DNA from: Pristiophorus japonicus | Lineage: Eukaryota | Reading direction: 5' to 3' | Assembly (NCBI RefSeq): GCF_044704955.1 | Contig: NW_027251778.1 | Span: 372,001 to 436,000 of the forward strand | Length of the DNA stretch: 64,000 bases | Shown here: positions 36,828 to 50,344 of the stretch, piece by piece | Layout of the letters: every line of letters begins with the position of its first letter | Position numbering within the stretch: the stretch's first letter is position 1 | Program-made: the position numbers and the translations under genes | Notes under the pieces: generated by a model | The model's database searches: none | What the model was told of the DNA's origin: nothing | The model's input: only the letters and a program-made list of their open reading frames with translations

Positions 36828-36854
36828 GCCTCTTACAGTAAAAGGTTTGACTGA
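36828..36854 (+). CDS. TRBC: TRBC exon 4 (cytoplasmic tail): ASYSKRFD*
   Basis: T-rich tract, then atactag|GCC...GAC TGA, phase 0. AATAAA at 36868-36873 and 37505-37510. Confidence 0.88.
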   Translation, partial: ASYSKRFD

Positions 36855-37689
36855 TCATTAAGGGAGTAATAAATTCAGAAAACGGATAAACGGAGGAATA
36901 CAAGAGCGGAAGGAGAGAGGAAATATGAATATTGTGAATACCTCGGAGGTGATTTTCTTTGGATGCACTCTCCCCACTGCACCAGTGTAACTTTGACCCT
37001 ATATCCCTACTGGCGGGAGGCTGTCAGAGAAAATTTACACCCCACTCTTTCGTTTCTATTAGATCCTGTTGTTTAAGTAGGTTATCTTTGAGGAATATAT
37101 TGCTTGGTTGAATATTAACAGTCAGTAACTGTTCTTAAAAGCGTTATATGTGGTCACAGAGTCTTATGAGGCCAATCAAACCATCATCCATCTGCTGGCT
37201 CTTTGAAAGAGCTATTCCTTAGTCCCAATTGCCCAAGGAGAACAATCTCAGCTTCTCTAGTCTCTCTGCATAACTGAAGTCACTCATCCCTGGTACCATT
37301 TACGTAAATCTGTGTATAATATCTTGCTCATTGCGACTATTAACGTTTTTTTTTACAATTTTTATTCATGCAAAAATGTTGCTAGTTGTCGAATTCTCTT
37401 CATAGATTGTGGATGTTTCCATTGTTTGATCAAATCTGTAGATCAGATCCTGACAGCTCGCTTGCGAAATTCACATTTTATCTGCACTTGTTCATTTATT
37501 AAGAAATAAAAAGAATTCTTCTTCACGGAAAACTTTTTCTCCTCACTGCCATTTTCCATTTTGCCTCTGCGTTGCGAAACAAATTTAAACTATGTAGGAG
37601 ATCTTTGATGTTTGTTTACTGGGTATAGATATCAAGCAAATTTGGGAGAATAGGTCTGACGTACTCATGAGACACGATCTGATTGAATG

Positions 37690-38230
37690 GCAGACGAGGG
37701 CCGAGGGGCAGAATGGGTTTCCTCCTGTTCCTGTGCAACAGGCTCGAGGGGTTGAATGGGCCTCCTACTGCTCTTGTTTTACAGGCTCGAGGGGCGAAGT
37801 GGACCTCCTCGTATTCCTGTGTAACAGGCTCGAGCAGCTGAATGGGCCTCCTCCTGTTCCTGTGTAACAGGCTCGCGGGGCTGAATGGGCTTCCTCCTGT
37901 TCCTGTGTCACAGGCTCGCGGGGCTGAATGGGCCTCCTTCTTTGCTGTGTAACAGGCTCGAGCGGCTGAATAGGCCACCTCCTGTTCCTGTGTAACAGAC
38001 TCGAGGCGCTGAATGGGCCTCCTCATGTTTCTGTGTAACAGGCTCGAGCAGCTGAATGGGCCTCCTCCTGTTCCTGTGTAACAGGCTCGCGGGGCTGAAT
38101 GGGCTTCCTCCTGTTCCTGTGTCACAGGCTCGCGGGGCTGAATGGGCCTCCTCCTGTTCCTGTGTAACAGGCTCGAGGGGCTGAATGGGCCTCCTCATGT
38201 TCCTGTGTAACAGGCTCGAGGGGCTGAATG
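37690..38230 (+). repeat. 43-bp CR1-tail minisatellite, about 12 copies
   Basis: Same unit and orientation as the array at 15090-15720. Confidence 0.9.
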
Positions 38231-39479
38231 TGCAAAATTTTGAAGGGCTTGGATATAGTGGATCGTAAGTGCCTATTTCCATTGATGGAGGGTTCAATCA
38301 TGAAAGGGCATAGTTCCAAGGCGGTTAGTGGAAGGTTTAGAGGGGATTTTAGGGGTGGGGGTGGGGGTCTTTTTTACGCAGAGGGTTGTGGGGTTCTGCA
38401 ACTCACTGCTGGAAGGGTTGTGGATGCCGAAACACTCACCACATTTAAAAGTGCTTGAGTAGGCACGTGAAGTGCCGTAGCCTGCAGGGTGACGGACCTA
38501 GAACTGGTAATTGGGATTCGACTGGATAACCTCTTGTTGGCTGGCGCAAATACGGTGGTAAGTACTGCAGGGAATCGAAGACGGCCAGGGTCAACTTCTT
38601 GACTAGTTTCGATTACCTGCATGGGTCGGAGTGGAATTGTCCCAGATTTTTTTCTCCCTAAATTGGCCGGGGTTTTTATCTGGTTTTTGCCTCTCCCACA
38701 AGAGATCACATGTCTCCGTTTGAGTTTGAGTGTAGAATGTTTCAGTATAAGGGGTGTCGCATTTGTATTGGACAGATTGGTTGGTCGGGGTGCTCTGTGC
38801 CTTTCCGTCATTATTCATTGTTGCTAGGTTTAAATCTAGCCTTCAGGGTTGCTGAGCGAGGGCCGTGCTGCTCTTTGTCGGCCGGTGTAGACACGATGGG
38901 CCAAAATGGCCACCTTCTGCACTGTAAATTTCTATGTATATATGATTCTATGTGGGTTCAAATCCCTTTACGGGAGATATGTAGTTTAGGATTCGATTCA
39001 ATAAATCTGGATTCATAAAGCTAGTATTGCTAATGATGACCACGGAGCAGTCATTTAAAAATCCATTTGGTTCATTAATGTCCTTAGAGAAGGAAATCTG
39101 CCGTCCTTACCCGGTCTGGCCTATATGTGACTCCAGACCCACAGCAATGTGGTTGACTCTTAACTATTGGTTGAAATGGCCCAGCGAGGCATTCAGCTGT
39201 TTGCAAGAAGGCGGCTCACCACCACCTTCTCGAGGGCTATTAGGGATGGGCAATAAATGCTGTCCTTGCCTTTGAATAAAATAAACGATGCTATTCACCT
39301 CAAACACTCCGCATGATAGCGAGTTCCACGTTCTCACTACATATCGATGATACCAGGAAAACGAGGACGTACCTATCAGGAAAGAATGAACAGGTTGGGC
39401 CTATTTTCACTTGAAAAGGGAAGGTTTATGGGGGATCTAATAGAGGTATTTAAATTTATGATAGGTTTTGATAGAATAT

Positions 39480-39618
39480 TTCTCTCTGTCTGTCTCTCTG
39501 TAAATCTCTCTCTCTGTCTTTTTCTATCCCTCTCTCTCTCTCTCCCTCTCTCTATTTCTGTCTCTCTCCTCTCCCTATCGCTCTCTCTCTCTCTCTCTCT
39601 GTCTTTCTCTATCTCATC

Positions 39619-39649
<31 letters not shown>

Positions 39650-39748
39650 ACTCTGTCTCTCTCTATATATATTTATCTCTCTCTCTGACTCTCTATTTGG
39701 ATTCTCTGTGTCTTTATTTGTCTCTCTGTGCCAGCTCTTCCTGTCTCC

Positions 39749-39784
<36 letters not shown>

Positions 39785-39791
39785 CTCTCCA

Positions 39792-39826
<35 letters not shown>

Positions 39827-40290
39827 GACTCTCTCCATCTGTCTCTCTCTCTCGGTCACTCTCTCTCTCTAACTCTCTTCATCACTCGCTCTCTCTGTCT
39901 CTCTCTCTCTCTGCCTCTCTCTGTCTCCCTCTCTCTGCATCTCTCTGCCTCTCTCTGTCTCTCTCTGCCACTCTCTGCCCCCTCTCTCTCTCTCCGTCTC
40001 TCTGGTTCTCTCTCTCTGACTGTCTCTTTGGATTNNNNNNNNNNNNNNNNNNNNNNNNNNNNNNNNNNNNNNNNNNNNNNNNNNNNNNNNNNNNNNNNNN
40101 NNNNNNNNNNNNNNNNNNNNNNNNNNNNNNNNNNNNNNNNNNNNNNNNNNNNNNNNNNNNNNNNNNNNNNNNNNNNNNNNNNNNNNNNNNNNNNNNNNNN
40201 NNNNNNNNNNNNNNNNNNNNNNNNNNNNNNNNNTCCATCTGTCTCTTTCCCTATCTGTCTGTCGCTCTTTCTCCCGCTCTGTTTCTAATT
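39480..40290. repeat. (CT)n microsatellite with gap
   Basis: Seen directly in sequence. Confidence 0.9.
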
Positions 40291-40539
40291 CCCTTTCTCT
40301 CTCACTCAGTAACGATTACTCTGCTCACTGATAACCTCCCTTCACTTTCCCCAAGTACGTGGCGACCCGTTTTCTCATTCTTAATTTCAAACATCGAGCT
40401 CAGTGCAAAACTTTCAGCAGCAGCAATGGAAGGTGCCATTAAGGGAAGGCATGTTATGTTGTGTGCCAAAGCAATCGATTCCTTGAGTGCAGAACTGTTT
40501 TCAATTTAAAATTCACTTCCAGACGTTGATTTAGTAGGT

Positions 40540-40885
40540 CGATCAAACTTGTCTGGAAAATAATGACTCAATGCAAGACTCGAGCTGAAAAACAATGCAC
40601 AGGTGCACGGAAAGCATTGAAACGGAAGTGGTGGGATTGGAAAATGCGAAAGGAGCATAAAAGCACGCCGCATGGTTGCTAAAGCAGGTCACTGCACCCG
40701 AGCTTCGCGCTGCGGTTGAACGGAATGTGCCGCTTATCGATGCCGTGGCTTTGGTTCAGAGGCTGGCAGATATGGGCTGTTGTGTATCGTTTCCTGCTGG
40801 GTAATGTGCTCTCCCGGAGCCCGAGCACCTGCCACCTCCTTGTGTGCAGCAAACAAAGTTGTTAATCAACCTCGCACCTGCAGAT
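40540..40885. promoter_or_regulatory. Candidate TCR beta enhancer block A
   Basis: Unique-looking island with AP-1 TGACTCA (40564), E-boxes CAGGTG/CACCTG (40600, 40826, 40875), ETS CGGAAGT (40623), RUNX TGCGGTT (40711) and TCF/LEF-like AACAAAG (40852). Confidence 0.45.
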
Positions 40886-41794
40886 CTTGCCTCAGTATTT
40901 ATTCATTCTTTCATCCAATTAATCTTTCTTTCTTTATGTCTTCCACTCTTTCTTTCTTTCCTGCTTTCATTCTTTATATCCTTTTCTTTCTTTCATGCAA
41001 TCACACACCTTTCCACTTACTCATTAGTTTCATCCCTTCGTTCAAAGTTCTGTCTTCCATTTCATCAAACTTGTCTTGCTTCTTTTGGTCAAACCTTCTC
41101 TCGTTACTGCCCTTCTTCCCTTCCTTCTTTCTTTCTGTCCTTCCTTCTTTATTTATTTATTTATTTATTTATTTCTGTCCTACCTTCTTTCTTTCACTCT
41201 TTCCTTTTTTCTTACATTCCTTCTTTCTTTCTTTCTTTCTTTCATTCTTTCCTTCTTTCTTTCTCTACTTCTTTTTTTTTCTCTTNNNNNNNNNNNNNNN
41301 NNNNNNNNNNNNNNNNNNNNNNNNNNNNNNNNNNNNNNNNNNNNNNNNNNNNNNNNNNNNNNNNNNNNNNNNNNNNNNNNNNNNNNNNNNNNNNNNNNNN
41401 NNNNNNNNNNNNNNNNNNNNNNNNNNNNNNNNATCGTTTTTCTTTAATTTCACTCGGTAATTATTTCCGTAAATCTTTGTTTCCTTTCATCGATTCAAAC
41501 ATTCAATATTTCCAGCTTGTTTCTTTCTTCCAACCTTCGTTTTTTGTTCTTGTCTTGCTCCCTTTTAAACTATTCTCCTCCCTTTGCCTTCATATTTTCT
41601 CCATTTCCTATTTCAGTCCGTTCCTCCAACTTTTATTTTTCTTTCAACCAATGAAACTTTCTTTATTTCGAGCTAGATTTCATTCTTTAATTCTATCCTT
41701 CCTACTCGAGAGGAACAAATGTGATCGATGCTGTCCCCTGCTGACCATAATGTTATATATTCGACCCCTTAACGAGCGGGTCTAACTGGTGTAC

Positions 41795-42250
41795 GGACAG
41801 CCAGACAGACAGACAGACAGTCAGATACACAGTCAGGCTGACAGTCAGACAGACAGATACACAGGCAGACAGACACACACAAACAGACAGACTGACAGAT
41901 AGACAGACAAATAGACAGACACACAGTCAGACAGACAGACACACAGACAGACACACACACACACACAGACAGATAGACAGACAAACAGACAGGCAGGCAC
42001 ATTGACAGACAGAGACACACAGAGACAGACTGACAGATAGGCAGACAAAGAGACAGACAGACAGCCAGACACACAGTCAGACAGACAGACGCACAGAAAG
42101 ACAGAGACACGCACAGACAGACAGACAGACAGACAGCCAGACACACAGAAATACAGAGACACACACAGACAGACAGACAGACAGACAGCCAGACACACAG
42201 TCAGACAGACACACAGTCAGACAGAGAGACACACAGACACACTGACAGAT

Positions 42251-42285
<35 letters not shown>

Positions 42286-42300
42286 TAAATAGAATGACAG
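41795..42300. repeat. (CAGA)n/(CA)n microsatellite
   Basis: Seen directly; the Cys/Val/Leu-rich ORFs here are artefacts. Confidence 0.9.
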
Positions 42301-42569
42301 ACGGTCGATCTGTATTTTTGTTATGTTTATTGAGGTATAAATATTGGCCAGGCCAGGACAACAGGGATAACTCGCCTGATTTTTCTTCAAATTAGTGCAG
42401 CATGAACAGAGGGACCTTGGGCTATCATTAAAGGTGGCAGCGCTGGTTTAGAAAGCTATTAAACAGGCTTACTGGTCAATCTCCCCTTAACCTTCAATGG
42501 TCCAAGGAGAACAACCCCAACTTCTCCAGTCTCTCCACGTCATTGAGTACTTCATCCCTGGAATCATTC

Positions 42570-43200
42570 TTGTGCATGAACAGAGAGATCTAGGGGTATG
42601 TGTGCATTACTCATTGACGGTGGCAGGGCAGGCTGAAAAAGCGGTTCAAAAGAATTATGGGATCCTGGGCTTCATAAATGGAGGCATAGATTGCAAAAGC
42701 TAGGAAGTTATGATGAACCTTTATAAAACACTTGTTCGGCCGCAACTGGAGTATTGTGTCCCATTCTGGGCACCGCAATTTAGATGGGATGTGAAGGCCT
42801 TGGAGAGGGTGCAGGAAAGATTTAGTAGAATGGTTCCAGTGATGAGGGACTTCAGGGATGTGGAGAGACTGGAGAAGCTGAGGTTGTTCTCCCTCGAGCA
42901 GAGAAGATTGAGAGGAGATATGATAGAAGTGTTCAAAAATCATGAGGCATCTGGCCAGAGTAGAGAGAGAAACTGCTCCTATTGGCAGAAGGGGCGAGAA
43001 CCAGAGGACACGGATTTAAGGCGATTGGCAGAAGGCTTGGTAAGAGTAAACATTTTTACGCAGCGAGTAGTTAAGATTTGGAATTCACTGCCTGAGAGGG
43101 TGGTGGAGGCAGAATTACTGTTATCTCGCAAAACGGAATTGGATAAGTATAAGAAAGTTAAAAATTGCAGTGCTGCGGGGCAAGGGTTCGATGGGCCGAA
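42570..43200 (+). mobile_element. CR1 LINE 3' fragment
   Basis: Encodes LYKTLVRPQLEYCVPFWAP...LEKLRLFSLEQRRLRGDMIEVFK. Confidence 0.85.
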
Positions 43201-43469
43201 TGGACATCCTCCGTCCTTTAAACATTTTCTGATACTTGTCTAATTCCCTTTTGAAAGCCATGATGAATTAAGCTTTCATCACGTTACAAGGCAGGGCATT
43301 CCAGATCATAATCAGTGGCTGAGTAAAATGTTTTTTCCTTATGTCTGCTTTAGTTCGGTTTTTCTGGATTTCAACTTCAGAGGGAAGAGTTTGTAGCTAT
43401 ATATGATCCTGTCAACTCCAGTAACCATCTTGAACACCTGCATAGTTTCTCTGCCCTCTTTTGTTTCGA

Positions 43470-43750
43470 TGCAAACTGTGGAAACATATTGTCAGAAAAA
43501 ATGAAGCAGTGACTGAATTAAATTGCGCAGGAAGGCAGAGACAGTAAGCTAGCGGGCAGGATCTGCGGTTACCCACAGCAGAGAGCTGTCAACACTTAAA
43601 TAGGTCAACAGATGTAAAGTGGAAGGATCGACAGCCGGGTGCGTGGGTTTAACAGCAAGCGATCAGAGCGTCACACGCCACTTGCAGAAAAAACCCACCC
43701 ACATTGTAATTTTCCATTCGTGCGACTGAGCTGAAAAGTAGGTTACAGGG
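43470..43750. promoter_or_regulatory. Candidate enhancer block B
   Basis: CAGGAAG (43528), adjacent ETS+RUNX CAGGATCTGCGGTT (43557-43570) and E-box CAGATG (43609), in a non-repeat island. Confidence 0.35.
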
Positions 43751-43909
43751 CTCAACGCGCTCTGCCACACCCCACCCCTCCCACACCGCCAAGGCGCATT
43801 AGCTGGTCTATTCCAATCCTTCCCCTAAATTCTCCGTATCTCAGTCCACATTCAAGTGAAGCATCTATAATTAGTTGGTTCTGCAAAACAATCCCCAGCC
43901 CGCATCCAT

Positions 43910-45780
43910 CGTAAGAACATAAGAAATAGGAGCAGGAATCGGCCATACGGCCCCTCGAGCCTACTCCGCTATTTAAGACGATCATGGCTGATCCGATCAT
44001 GGATGCTGTTCCACTTCCCTGCCCGCTCCACATAACCCCTTATTCCCTTAGCGGTTAAGAAACTGTCCATCTCTGTCTTAAATTTATTCAATGACCCTGC
44101 TTCCTCAGCTCTCTGAGGTAGCGAATTCTACAGATTTACAATCCTCTGAGAGAAGAAATTCCTCCTCATCTCACTTTTAAATGGACGGCCCCTTATTCTG
44201 AGTTCATGCCCCCTAGTTCCTGTCTCCCCCATCAGTGGAAACATCCTCTCTGCATCCACCTTGTCAAGCCCCCTCACAATCCTATACGTCTCGATAAGAT
44301 CACCTCTCATTGTTCTGAATTCCAATGAGTAGAGGCACAATCTCCTCAACCTTTCCTCATAAGTCAACCCCCTCATCCCCGGAATCAACCGAGTGAACCT
44401 TCTCTGAACTGCCTCCAAATCAATTATATCCTTTCATAAATAATGAAATCAAAATTGTACACAATATTCCTGGTGTGACCTCAGCAATACCCTGTATAAC
44501 TGTAGCATGACTTCCCTGTTTTTATACTCCATCCCCTTTGCAATAAAGATCAAGATTCATTTGGACTTCCTGATCATTTGCTATACCTGTATACTAACAT
44601 TTTGTGTCTCATGCACCAGGACCAGCACGTCCCGCTGTACTGCAGCCATTTGCAATTTTCGTATAATATCTGTGCACTAACCCTCACCCCTGAATTCATA
44701 GACAATAATAGCGTGCACTCTCTATTTTTTGCAATTTCAACTGTTCCTTTAGACCAACATCTGCTGCGTATTTCTGCAAATGCTGTTGTCCATTTAGACC
44801 CTGCAACTTTTGCTGTTTTCCCTGCTAATTCTGTCCCTCCAGATCCTATATTTGTTGTGTATTTCATGTAAATATTGGTGTCCCTTTAGAAAATATATCC
44901 TATGGGCCTGTGCTCACTGGAGTTTAGAAGAATGAGAGGTGATCTCATTGAAACGTACAAAAACATGACGGGAGTTGACAGGGTAGATGTTCAGATGCTG
45001 CGGTGTCAGGGGTCACAGTCTCAGGATAAGGTAGAGATGAGGAGGAATTTCTTCTCTCAGAGAATGGTGAAACACAGAAACATAGAAAATAGGAGCAGTA
45101 GTAGGCCATTCGGCCCTTCGAGTCTGCACCACCATTCAGTATGATCATGACTCACCCTCTATCCCAATACCATATTCCCGCTTTCTCCCCATACCCCTTG
45201 TTGCCTTTTGTGTCTAGAAAACTATCTATCTCCCTCTTAAATATGTTCAGTGAGTTGGCCTCCACATCCTTCTGCGGTACAGAATTCCACAGGTTCACCA
45301 CCCTCTGAGTGAAAAAAATTCACCTCATCTCAGTCCTAAATTTCCGACCTCTTATCCTCAGACTATAACCCCTTGTTCTAGACTTCCCAGCTCGGGGGAA
45401 ACATACTCCCCGCATCCAGTCTATCCAACCCAGCCAGAATTATATACGTTTCAATGAGATCCCCTCTCATTCTTCTAAATTCTAGTGAATACAGGCCGAG
45501 TCGACCCAATCTCTCCTCATACGACAGTCCTGCCATTCCAGGAATCCGTCTGGTGAACATTTGCTGCACTCCCTCTATGACAAGTATATCGTTTCTTAAG
45601 TAAGGAGACCAAAACTGCACACAATACTCCAGGTGCGGTTTCATCAAGGGCCTGTATAACTGTAGTAAGACATCCTTGCTCCTGTACTCAAACCCTCTTG
45701 CAATGAAGGCCAACATACCATTTGCCTTACTAACTGCTTGCTGCACCTGCATGTTTACTTTCAATGACTGGTGTACACGG
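43910..45780 (-). mobile_element. CR1 3' fragments (mainly minus strand; about 43910-44660 and 45075-45780)
   Basis: Encodes EAVQRRFTRLIPGMRGLTYEERL and KANGMLAFIARGFEYRSKDVLLQLY. Confidence 0.82.
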
Positions 45781-46169
45781 ACACGCCGATGAAGCTTTGG
45801 AATTCTCTGCCCCAGTGATCTGTGGATGCTGATTCTGGACCTATTCTAGGTTTTTTAGATTCCAGGGGAATCGAGAGATATGGAGGTGGAGCGTGTAAGT
45901 GGAGTTGGGGGTCGATGATCAGCCATGATCTTCGTGAATGGCAAAGCAGGCTCTAAGAGCCATTTGGTCGACTCCTGCTCCTAATTCTTATGTCCTTATG
46001 TGTGTATTTTAGCAATGTCTGGATTCCCTCTAGTTCTTGTATCTGTTTTGCATTCCTGCAATTTCTGATCTCCGTCTCGTCCCTGTATTTGGTGTGTGCT
46101 TTTGCAATTACTGGGGTTCCTTTAAAACCTTTTTCTGCTGTGTGTATCCTGGAGTTCTGTATCCGCCTC

Positions 46170-47750
46170 CGTGACTTTACCCGTGTCCACCCGTCCCTGA
46201 GCTGATCCGCTGCTGAATCCCTCATCCATGCCTTTGTTACCTCCAGACTTGACTATTCCAACGCACGCCTGACTGGCCTCCCACATTCCACCCGACGTAA
46301 ACGTGAGGTGATCCAAAACACGGCTGCCCCTTGTCCTAACTCGCACCGAGGCCCACTTACTCATCACCCTTGTGCTCGCTGACTTACATTCGCTCCCGGT
46401 TAAGCAACGCCTCGATTTCAAAATTCTCATCCTCGTTTCCAAATCCTCCATGGCCCTCGTCCCTTTATATCTCTGTAATCTCCTCCAGCCCTACACCCCT
46501 CCCTATCTCTGTAACCTCCTCCAGCCCCTACACCCTTCCCTATCTCTGTAACCTCCTGCAGCCCCTATACCCTCCCTATCTCTGTAACCTCCTGCAGCCC
46601 CTACACCCTCCCTATCTCTATAACCTCCTCCAGCCTCTACACCACTCCCTATCTCTGTAACCCCTCCAGCCCCTACACCCCTCCCTATCTCTGTAACCTC
46701 CTCCAGCCCCCACAACCCCTCCCTATCTCTGTAACCTCCTGCAGCCCCTACACACTCCCTATCTCTGTAACCTCCTCCAGTCCAACACCCCTCTATATCT
46801 CTGTAACCTCCTCCAGCCCCTACACCCCTCCCTATCTCTGTAACCCCCTACACCCCTCCCTATCTTTATAAACTCCTCCAGCCCCACAAACATCCCTATC
46901 TCTGTAACCTCCTCCAGCCCTTACACCCCTCCGTATTTCTGTAACACCCTCCAGCCCCTACACCCCTCCCTATCTCTGTAACCACCTCCAGCCCTATATC
47001 CCTCCCTATCTCTGTAACCTCCTCCAGCCTCTACACCCCTCCCTATCTCTGCAGCCACCTCCAGCCCTATATCCCTCCCTATCTCTGTAACCTCCTCCAG
47101 CCCCTACACACGTCCCTATATCTGTAACATCCTCCAGCCCCTACACCCCTCCCTATCTCTGTAACCCCCTCCAGCCCGTACACCCCTCCCTATCTCTGTA
47201 ACCTCCTCCAGCTCCCACAACCCCTCCCTATCTCTGTAACCTCCTGCAGCCCCTACACCCTCCCTATCTCTGTAACCTCCTCCAGCCTCTACACCCCTCC
47301 CTATCTCTGCAGCCATCTCCAGCCCTATATCCCTCCCTATCTCTGTAACCTCCTCCAGCCCCTACACACGTCCCTATATCTGTAACCTCCTCCAGCCCCT
47401 ACACCCCTCCCGATCTCTGCAACCCCCTCCAACATCACAACCCCCTGAGATGTCTGCACTCCTCTAATTCTGCCCTCCTGACCAGCCCTGATTATAATCG
47501 CTCCACTGTCGGTGGCCGTGCCTTCTCTTGCCTGGGTCTCAAGCTCTGGAACTCCCTCCCTAAACCTCTCCGCCTCTCTACCTCTCTCCTCCTTCAAGAC
47601 GCTCCTTAACTCCGACTAATTTGACTAAGCTTTTGATCACCTCCGCTAATTTCTCCTTATGTGGCTCGGTGTCTCATAATACTCCTGTGAAGCACCTTGG
47701 GACGTTTCACTGTGTTGAAGGCGCTATATAGATGCGCGTTGGTGTTATTG
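46170..47750 (+). mobile_element. L2-type LINE 3' fragment containing a 37-bp minisatellite (about 46460-47440)
   Basis: Reverse-orientation relative of the 14050-15050 element; the array is the reverse complement of the 31340 unit. Confidence 0.8.
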
Positions 47751-48086
47751 TTCCTTTAGACCCTTTATCTTTTGATAAATTCCAGCAATAATTGGTGTTC
47801 AATTAGATCATGTTTCTTTTGTGAATTTCCTGCAATTATTGTGTTCCTTTATATCCTATATCAGCTGGTTGTTTCCTCAATTCATGGTGTTCCTTTCGAC
47901 CGCATGTGTGTTGTGGATTTGCTGAAATTACTGGTGTTCTTTACACCCTGTATCTCTTGTCAGTTTTTGCAATTACTCGTTCCCACATAGACGCAGTGTT
48001 CCCTGCATTAAGGTGGCGAACTGAAAAGTTTTGAACACGTTTCTTTCAAGGTAGCAATGCATGGAAAGAACATTTGTGACAGATAG

Positions 48087-48104
48087 TTTATTAACACTTT
48101 TATT
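48087..48104 (-). terminator. Tandem AATAAA polyadenylation signals, candidate 3' end of the minus-strand C gene
   Basis: TTTATT on + at 48087-48092 and 48099-48104, about 1.2 kb downstream of the stop at 49277. Confidence 0.5.
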
Positions 48105-49276
48105 AATGAGTTACAAAGAGAGAAGTCCATTCCGGAGAGATAAAGATAAAGAAATATACGTTGTTAGCAGCCTAGTCGAAGAGAGAAAGGAGGCATCGCT
48201 TCTAGCTCAACCAGTTCAGCTAGCGTAACTTCTCAGCCAGCTTAACCAAGCTTTAATAGGAAGAATAAAGAGTTAACGGATTACTCAGAGGGTGCAAGTC
48301 TAGGTGGGGTAGAGGAATAAAGGGATCTCGGAGTACAAATACACAAATCGCTCATAGTTGCGACACAGGTTCACAAGGGCATGAACAAAGGCAAACCAAG
48401 AACTAGGGTTTATTTCTAGATGTATAGAATTGTAAAATAGGGAACTATTGCTACACCTATATCAACCTTGGCTCGAACACATTTGTAGTACTGCATACAG
48501 TTCTTTTCAGCATATTATAAAACTGTTATGGAGACATTGGAGAGGGTGCAAAGAAGATTTACAAGGATGATACCAGAAATGCGAGGATATATATATGAGA
48601 AAAGGATGAAGAGGCTGGGTCTCTTTTCTCTTGAAAGGGGTGATCTAATAGAGATCGTTAAAATTGTGAAAGGTTTTCAAAGAGTGGACACAGACTTGTG
48701 AGGAAGAGCCTAACTGCAGGCCATCAATATAAGATAGTCACCAAAAAATCCAGCAGTGAATTCAGAAGAAATGTCTTCACCCAGAGAGTGATGAGAATGT
48801 GGAACTCGCTACCACTGGGAGTGGTTGAGGTGAATAGTAGAGATGCATTTAAGAGGAGGCTAGACAAGCATATAGGAAAAAGGGAATAGAGGGTTATGCT
48901 GAGAGTTAGATGTGGAAAGATGGGAGAAGGCTCGAGTGGAGCATAAACGCCGGCATGGACTGGTTGGGCCGAATAGCCTGTGTCTCTGCCGTATATCTGA
49001 TGCAATTGCCGATGCAAAATCAGCCTGCTACAAATGGTTAAATAGAGAAAACAGAAATTTGGGCATAAATTCTAATGTGCTGTAATCGCACAGTATCCAA
49101 CAAAACTATTATCTTTAAGCATAATGGGTCTTCAATGACGGGAAGTGGCAAAACTTACAGTAATCAGCAGAAATGACAACATGTCAATTGCACAATTATA
49201 ATCCCATCGCCTTCTGCTTAGTTCACATTTCTGTTTGAAGGACATGTTGTATAGCTGACTCTCTGGCCCCAGGAGT

Positions 49277-49309
49277 TTAATCAAAGCCTTTTGCCAACTT
49301 GCCCGAGTA
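49277..49309 (-). CDS. Second TCR-beta-like C gene, last exon (cytoplasmic): YSGKLAKGFD*
   Basis: Minus strand: ctgac...ctctttttccttcctcttgcag|TAC TCG GGC AAG TTG GCA AAA GGC TTT GAT TAA. Phase 0, ending K-x-F-D* like TRBC exon 4. Confidence 0.85.
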   Translation of the reverse strand, partial: YSGKLAKGFD

Positions 49310-50344
49310 CTGCAAGAGGAAGGAAAAAGAGCGTGTCAGTAACAGATTTATTCCTTGACCATTGCATTTTTAAAATTCGTTCCTGAGATGAGGGTCAGCA
49401 TTTATTGCCCATCCCTAATCGCTCTGAAGAAGGTGGTGGTGAGCCGCCTTATTTAACTGCTGCAGTGCGTGTGGTGAAGGTACTCCCACAGTGCAGCTCG
49501 GGATGGAGTTTCATGATTGTGACCCAGCGATGATGAAGGAAAATCCGATATATTTCCAAGTAAGGATGGTGTGTGACTTGGAGGGGAGCGGGGAGGTGAT
49601 GGTCTTCCCATGCGCTTGCTGCCGTTGTCCTTCGAGGTGGCAGAGGGCACGGATTTGGGAGGTGCTGCCGGAGAAGCCTTGGCGAGTTGCTGCAGGGCAT
49701 CTTGCAGATGGTGCAAACTGCAGCCACGGTGCGCCGGTGGTGGAGGGAGTGAATGTTGAAGGTGGTGGGTCGTGTGCCGATCAGGCGGGCTGCTTTGTCC
49801 CGCATGGTGTCAGAGCAGCACACTAGATTGCACTCCTCCCCCAACCCCCACGCCCCGGTTACATAGAAACATAGAAACATAGAAAATAGGTGCAGGAGTA
49901 GGCCATTCGGCCCTTCTAGCCTGCACCGCCATTCAATGAGTTCATGGCTGAACATTCAACTTCAGTACCCCATTCCTGCTTTCTCGCCATACCCCTTGAT
50001 CCCCCTAGTAGTAAGGACCTCATCTAACTCCTTTTTGAATATATTTAGTGAATTGGCCTCAACAACTTTCTGTGGTAGAGATGGATTGACAACCAGAGGA
50101 AACAGGTTTAAGATAATTGGCAAAAAAACATAGCGAGAGATGAGATTTATGGGAGCAGATTCAACAGTAAATATCATGAGGGAAAGAGGTTTGAAAGGGG
50201 AAAAGTTTGTAGAGCTATGGGAATTGAGCTGAGGAGGGGAATTAACTGGATTCTGTGCTGTGGGATTGAAATGATTCTCAATGATTCAACGCCATCGCTG
50301 GTTGAATTCAATTGATGTCTAACGAGGGAGCAAAATGTGGAGAT

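Noticed and set aside
1-36854. Alternative identity as TRD, IgH or IgL
   Set aside because: The D core GGGACAGGGG, the V23/12-D-23/12-J RSS layout, the C motif PSPEEI...ATVVCLVTNFYPD and the four-exon C with a single TM Lys all indicate TRB.
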